DNA of 30,288 nt from a virus. Its lineage: Duplodnaviria > Caudoviricetes. The position numbers were made by a program, and so were the translations under genes. This document shows positions 25,832-30,288 of this stretch, piece after piece; position 1 is the first letter of the stretch; the number at the start of each line of letters is the position of its first letter. The notes under the pieces were generated by a model that saw nothing but the letters and a program-made list of their open reading frames with translations, did no database searches and had not been told where the DNA came from. The stretch is from positions 1 through 30,288 of the IMG/VR virus record IMGVR_UViG_3300015370_000036. The stretch is one strand, 5' to 3'.

Positions 25832-27630
25832 TATTGACCTCCAATACTAGGCTTGTACTGATTAATAGTTTCAGCCAAAGGAATACCTGCACCAGAAGGT
25901 TGTCCAACATCTTCAACTCCGCCTGGGCCTGGTGGCGGTGGATTTGGATTTTGACTACCTTTAATAAACCTACTTGGATCGAGACCTGCAACTTCAAATG
26001 CTACATTAATCATTTCCATTAAATCAACATTTAATCCTACTTTAGCCGCAACAGGAACAACCTGAGTCAACAGATACATAAGATTTTGTTGCATACCTTC
26101 TTTTGACATAGCATCAATACCCAAAGTTGCTTCAAAATCTAAATCTAGTGGTAATGATTTCCATTGGACTGTTACTTTCGGATTTCCTGTCATCTGCATC
26201 CATACTTCATCTGACATACAAGCCGTCATTAGCCAGACACATCTTTTTACCATTTCTGTTAAACCTAAATCATCCAACAGAAATAAATCGAAATTGTGTC
26301 TTTCCCCCTGTGCCTGCTTTTCACCAATATAAACGTTGGCTTTCATATTTCGTATAGCATTATTCATTCCCATAGATGTAGAAATCCTGGATGCACCGGA
26401 ATCTTCTTCTATGCCTCTCTGAAGCTCTGTACGCAAAGCAAACACTTCTGGTGGAAGCACTGGCTTATTAAATACTCTTAAATCAGCATGAACAACACCC
26501 CAAGGTTCATAAGGAACACTTCCATACTGATATTCATTGTTAGGGTCTGAAAACATAGGGGAGGCATTTTGATAAGATACATCTGTAATCATATTACAAA
26601 TAATATCTAACCATTCTTGTTTTTGTTTTGTAACTTCAGGGGTTCCTCGACCATAAAATTTCTTGGGGGGTTTGTTGATAGCAGCACTAAAAAATGGGTG
26701 CCGTCCATAAGGATTATTATTAGCACCTTCGTGTATAAGAACTGGTTTGGCTCCAAGAGTTATAACATATCGTTTACTATCATCAGGCGACCAACACTCA
26801 ACACATTCTACCAGTTCATCATCTCGATAAGCGGTAGCTTCTGATTCATGTGCAACAAAAGCACCACTGTTACCAGCCTGCGGGGCATTTTTTGCAATAT
26901 TTTGTTTTATGACTCTAGCAACATTTTTATAAATAGGATTACCAGCACTCGTTTTTGCATCTTTTAATGCTTTGTAAAGTATTAGAAATCTATGATACTT
27001 CCAAAAGCCATTGAGTTTACTTGCAGCAGGTTCAATTCTGAAATTTTCTTTTACATCAACACATTGAACAAGCGGACCACTATAAACCAGTAATTTTTCA
27101 GTGGATTTTTTACCATCTTTAACAATATCAACATTTCTATAAATATCTCGCCAAATAACTTTTCCAACTGCAATTCCATAAATTCGTCTCTGGTATAAGA
27201 AATCAACAATCTCGCTCAAAAAATCTGGCATCTTACTAAATAAAACCCCAATTCCCTTATCTACTTCCTTGGCTCCTGGATAATCTTTGTAATCCACGCC
27301 GGCAATTTTTGCAAAAGGCTTCCTAACAAAAATAGAAACTATATCTTTAGCAACTAAGGCTCTCACGGCATTTTCTGTGTCAGTTTGAATAATCTGAGAC
27401 ATTGTTTTGAAAGAAGTATAGGCTTCAGATAACGCAACATCTTCTGCATAATTAAACTTTGCTCTCTTATTAGCATCAAACCAACTATTAGCGTTATTCC
27501 AACCATCCAATAGCCACTCCGCTGTTGAGCGATCACTTAACTCTTCCTTTGTTAATGGACTATCTATAATATCCCCTTCTATATGAGCTACATCTGCCGG
27601 AGTTACTATTTGTTTTTTCTTTCTTGCCAT
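25831..27630 (-). CDS. portal protein
   Basis: 599 aa after TerL. IYGIAVGKVIW, NPYGRHPF, FYGRG.PE, IEEDSG and a Pro/Gly tail are typical of P22-like portals. Confidence 0.88.
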   Translation of the reverse strand: MARKKKQIVTPADVAHIEGDIIDSPLTKEELSDRSTAEWLLDGWNNANSWFDANKRAKFNYAEDVALSEAYTSFKTMSQIIQTDTENAVRALVAKDIVSIFVRKPFAKIAGVDYKDYPGAKEVDKGIGVLFSKMPDFLSEIVDFLYQRRIYGIAVGKVIWRDIYRNVDIVKDGKKSTEKLLVYSGPLVQCVDVKENFRIEPAASKLNGFWKYHRFLILYKALKDAKTSAGNPIYKNVARVIKQNIAKNAPQAGNSGAFVAHESEATAYRDDELVECVECWSPDDSKRYVITLGAKPVLIHEGANNNPYGRHPFFSAAINKPPKKFYGRGTPEVTKQKQEWLDIICNMITDVSYQNASPMFSDPNNEYQYGSVPYEPWGVVHADLRVFNKPVLPPEVFALRTELQRGIEEDSGASRISTSMGMNNAIRNMKANVYIGEKQAQGERHNFDLFLLDDLGLTEMVKRCVWLMTACMSDEVWMQMTGNPKVTVQWKSLPLDLDFEATLGIDAMSKEGMQQNLMYLLTQVVPVAAKVGLNVDLMEMINVAFEVAGLDPSRFIKGSQNPNPPPPGPGGVEDVGQPSGAGIPLAETINQYKPSIGGQ

Positions 27631-27641
27631 GATTTCTCCTT

Positions 27642-29177
27642 TTACCTTATTGGTCTATACTTTGGTAATGACCTAAACGGCCCTCTGCCTCGTTTTGGTT
27701 CTATTTGCTTATCGTGATGCCCAGAAACTCTTTGGATAGCCTCATTTAAAATAAAACTTAAACAATCACTCAAATCATCATGTTCTGAATTAGGAAAATT
27801 CCTTAGTTCTTCTAATAAATCAATACACTCAGGATTAATAGCAATTTTCTTCGCTTTGAACAAGGATTTTAACGCTTTAATCCGCAGTTGTTTAGCACTA
27901 TGCGGAGTTTTTAGCTCTATAATCTTAAAAAACTGCTGTTTTTCTACTCTTTTCTGTTTTACCCACTTAGCTAGTATCTGTGTGCTATTGGCCTCTATTG
28001 CCACCAAATGAGGCCTGTGAGCCATTCTTAATGAAAATATGTGGTCTACTACCGCTTCGGCCTCCATCTTCTCTTTAAGGGCCAATTCTACTTGGAGCAA
28101 ACCATCACAATCGTAACCACAATAGATGAAAGCACTAAAATCTGAACGACGGGATATAGAATAGGCTGGATCAACCAATAGCATTGTTCGTACCAAGGCT
28201 CTTTGCTTGTATCGAGATATTGCATCCTCTAAATCCTCCTTAGTAAATTCTGTGTTTTTGCTTTCCTCAGGGTTGCACAAATACTGGCAAGCAAATTCAT
28301 ACCTAGTCATAGTTGGCGCATTAAACTTCTCAACTAGAAGATTTAGCGGCAACTTAGGAAATACTATCTTAGAAGATTCAAACACATTATAACCGGTAAC
28401 ATCTATGTCTGCGCCATTTTTACAAGGGTCAATAGCCTGTCTTATATAGATATTCCAATAATCTGTTTCAATATACTTTTGTTCAAGTATCTTTTCCCAA
28501 GGCAAAGATGTCTGTTTTTTGGCCACAGTGCAGTAAATATCATTATCTAGCCAAACCGTACCCAAAACAACCTGCCTAGACCCTTCTACGCCCAAATTGA
28601 CCAATTCGGTAAAAACGCTCTTAGCCAGTTCTATCTGATAAGCTGTTCTGGTGTTAGCCTGGGAGTGCAAGTCGTCCGCAACTATTAGGTCGTAGTGCAT
28701 ACCAGTTAGAGTACCAGATTCCAAAGAACCAAGCATTACGCTATGTTCCTTATGATTGGCCGTCCTACCTTTAACTCGGATGGCATCCTCTCGCCAAACG
28801 CTCTCATTCTTCATATTACCGAAAATTGCCGCAAAGCGTTCCGATTCAATATGATCCTTCAAACCCTTCAAATAGGCAATAGCCTTCTGTTTAGTCTCCA
28901 AAATGTACAAAATCCGCAAATTGGGATTATGCAGCAAAGACCATATCATAAAGGCTTCCACAATTTCAGACTTCAAGGTGCCTCTGGGCATTAAAACCAA
29001 GGTGTGTTTAGGGCTTTTTGTTAATATATCGGCTAACTCGCCGTAAGTTTCCCTAGTAACATCTGGATGGCCCATTGCCTCTTTGTTAAAGTATATGAAA
29101 TCGGATAAGGCTAGTTCCTTCTTACAATCCCTCAGAACTACCTCTAAATCACTATAATTTACTTTCTCTAAATCCAT
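27642..29177 (-). CDS. terL: terminase large subunit
   Basis: Variant Walker A LMPRGTLKS, LTGMHYDLIVADD (Walker B), GTVW, FACQY..NP, nuclease VDPA...SDFSA, FPNSEHDDLSD. Confidence 0.93.
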   Translation of the reverse strand: MDLEKVNYSDLEVVLRDCKKELALSDFIYFNKEAMGHPDVTRETYGELADILTKSPKHTLVLMPRGTLKSEIVEAFMIWSLLHNPNLRILYILETKQKAIAYLKGLKDHIESERFAAIFGNMKNESVWREDAIRVKGRTANHKEHSVMLGSLESGTLTGMHYDLIVADDLHSQANTRTAYQIELAKSVFTELVNLGVEGSRQVVLGTVWLDNDIYCTVAKKQTSLPWEKILEQKYIETDYWNIYIRQAIDPCKNGADIDVTGYNVFESSKIVFPKLPLNLLVEKFNAPTMTRYEFACQYLCNPEESKNTEFTKEDLEDAISRYKQRALVRTMLLVDPAYSISRRSDFSAFIYCGYDCDGLLQVELALKEKMEAEAVVDHIFSLRMAHRPHLVAIEANSTQILAKWVKQKRVEKQQFFKIIELKTPHSAKQLRIKALKSLFKAKKIAINPECIDLLEELRNFPNSEHDDLSDCLSFILNEAIQRVSGHHDKQIEPKRGRGPFRSLPKYRPIR

Positions 29178-29299
29178 TTTTAGGCTAGTTTATGCTTAAA
29201 AATAGGCTTATTGCTGTAAATGTGGGGTGGCGGGGTGTGCGTATTACCAACATGAATCAAGTTTTCAATTTCCCTCCTACCCCCTAGGGTATATATCTA

Positions 29300-29689
29300 T
29301 TAGCCAGTACTAGTATTATTTAGGCGCAATATTTCTTTAAGTAAGGCTTGTTTGTCTTCAAGCGACCTGTCTTCTGTAGTAGTAGATTCATTGCCTTTAG
29401 TACTCAACAGCTTACCAGCCATTGTGTTATATATGAGTCTTATCGTGGCTGGGTCGCCCTCTAAGATCAAGGTCATAACTGCCTTCTGCAATGCATCCCA
29501 TGTTTGGTTTATGTCCTGCTTCTTAGCCTCTAACATATCATGCGCAAAGGACTTATATTGCTTATCACGCTTATATCTACGTATAGTTTCCTCGTTTACG
29601 CCGAACGAGCCAGCCATATCCTTGGTAGACTTACCTATTGAGTCGGCCATAAATATTTTACTCATTAATATAGGATCTTTCTTACGCAT
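29300..29689 (-). CDS. terS: terminase small subunit (HTH)
   Basis: N-terminal HTH (STKDMAGSFGVNEETIRRYK), GDPATIRL helix, position upstream of TerL. Confidence 0.7.
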   Translation of the reverse strand: MRKKDPILMSKIFMADSIGKSTKDMAGSFGVNEETIRRYKRDKQYKSFAHDMLEAKKQDINQTWDALQKAVMTLILEGDPATIRLIYNTMAGKLLSTKGNESTTTEDRSLEDKQALLKEILRLNNTSTG

Positions 29690-29786
29690 TATACTATGTC
29701 ACTCCATTCAACGTGGGGATGGTATTACACCGAGCGTACCTAGTAGTACTCTATATATAGCCATTAGTTACTAGGTATTTATGAGT

Positions 29787-29876
29787 GTGGCCTTATTAAC
29801 TTCGCTCTAATCGCTCTATATTGGGTGTCCTTCGACCAATATGTGCTAATACTACCGATTGAGCGGACATTACCAC
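29787..29876. ncRNA. candidate nested stem-loop with possible pseudoknot upstream of terS
   Basis: CGCTC-t-AATCG (29803-13) pairs with CGATT-GAGCG (29856-65). ATATTGG (29818-24) pairs with CCAATAT (29836-42). Loop TGTCC (29826-30) is complementary to GGACA (29865-69). Confidence 0.4.
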
Positions 29877-29964
29877 TTGTAACTTACACCCGACCCCACC
29901 CATATATATAACACTTGAGAAAGCACTTATATCATATTTTTATTGAGATAATTGAAAATAGTAC

Positions 29965-29993
29965 TTGACAAGGTTGTAATATCATGTTAAAAT
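29965..29993 (+). promoter_or_regulatory. strong sigma70 promoter, divergent from the late operon
   Basis: TTGACA (29965-70), 17-nt spacer, TGn-TAAAAT (29988-93), AT-rich upstream region. Confidence 0.85.
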
Positions 29994-30057
29994 AATCTTA
30001 GAATCAATGCAAGTTTAAGCCGAGTTGATACGATAATATATATGAGGGGGTGAAAAC

Positions 30058-30288
30058 ATGAACTCAGGAATAATCACAATTGATGATGGCCTACCGACCG
30101 AAAAAGAGTTTTTAATGAGGTTTCAATATGGCTATGGCTCATTTTATGAGCAGGAAGCAGAGAGGTTATTGACTGAATTTAATATCATAAGTGGGAAACA
30201 TTCTCAAAGGTTATCTGCTTATTGCAGAGATAATAATATCATTTTGAGGAGTAACAAGGTTGAAAATTGCCTCAAAAGAGATGTAATG
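30058..30288 (+). CDS. hypothetical protein, truncated by the window end
   Basis: GAGGGGGTG RBS, ATG at 30058, open to the window edge (MNSGIITIDDGLPTEKEFL...). Confidence 0.7.
   Translation, partial: MNSGIITIDDGLPTEKEFLMRFQYGYGSFYEQEAERLLTEFNIISGKHSQRLSAYCRDNNIILRSNKVENCLKRDVM

Noticed and set aside
47-29774. Antisense and nested ORFs in the track (e.g. 47-316, 11949-12323, 13228-13509, 15956-16255, 25234-25500, 29352-29774)
   Set aside because: They overlap well-supported genes and lack an RBS or motifs, so they are treated as shadow ORFs.
29790-29880. Twister or HDV-like/theta ribozyme, or tRNA
   Set aside because: Only partial words match (UAA, UCCUUCG, GCUAAU). The required helices and a cloverleaf could not be assembled. 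No tRNA, including a suppressor, was seen in the window.
29221-29900. Imperfect G-rich inverted repeats flanking terS (29222-29238 and 29886-29899)
   Set aside because: Short, low-complexity and gapped, so not distinguishable from chance.
1-30288. Genome-wide alternative genetic code (TAG=Gln, or TGA=Trp/Gly)
   Set aside because: Coding density is already near complete under code 11. TGA ends many genes in ATGA overlaps, and TAG ends genes with normal short overlaps (e.g. 763). Only one internal instance of each was found.
1-30288. CRISPR array, rRNA, integrase or att site
   Set aside because: No regularly spaced repeats, rRNA-like sequence or integrase motifs were seen.

Overview
This is about 30 kb of a tailed dsDNA phage (or prophage) genome with podovirus-like gene content, arranged as two convergent arms. 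The + arm (17-11045) carries recombination and nucleotide genes (Holliday junction resolvase-like, metallophosphoesterase, RecA, nucleoside deoxyribosyltransferase-like, dATP/dGTP diphosphohydrolase-like), a truncated ECF sigma-like gene, and a cluster of envelope-targeted proteins (lytic transglycosylase, signal-bearing ClpP). It also carries RNase H, a Mom-like DNA modifier, a radical SAM/SPASM enzyme, a stand-alone NAD-ligase domain Ia and a GT2 glycosyltransferase. The - arm (29689-11042) is the late operon: TerS, TerL, portal, scaffold, major capsid protein, GT4 glycosyltransferase, adaptor, nozzle, three ejection proteins, M23 endolysin, holin and tail fibres. A divergent sigma70 promoter and a partial gene lie at the right edge. 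The main observation is that two otherwise intact genes each contain one in-frame stop. The essential major capsid gene has an amber TAG at 24000-24002 ahead of its conserved C-terminal 47 aa, and no late-arm gene terminates on TAG. The radical SAM/SPASM gene has an opal TGA at 9347-9349 between its two domains. These are candidates for programmed recoding, but point mutation or assembly error cannot be excluded from sequence alone. Also noted: a probable IS607 remnant coupled to the mom-like gene and three candidate structured RNAs in late-arm intergenic regions. All family assignments are from motif recognition by eye, with no database searches.
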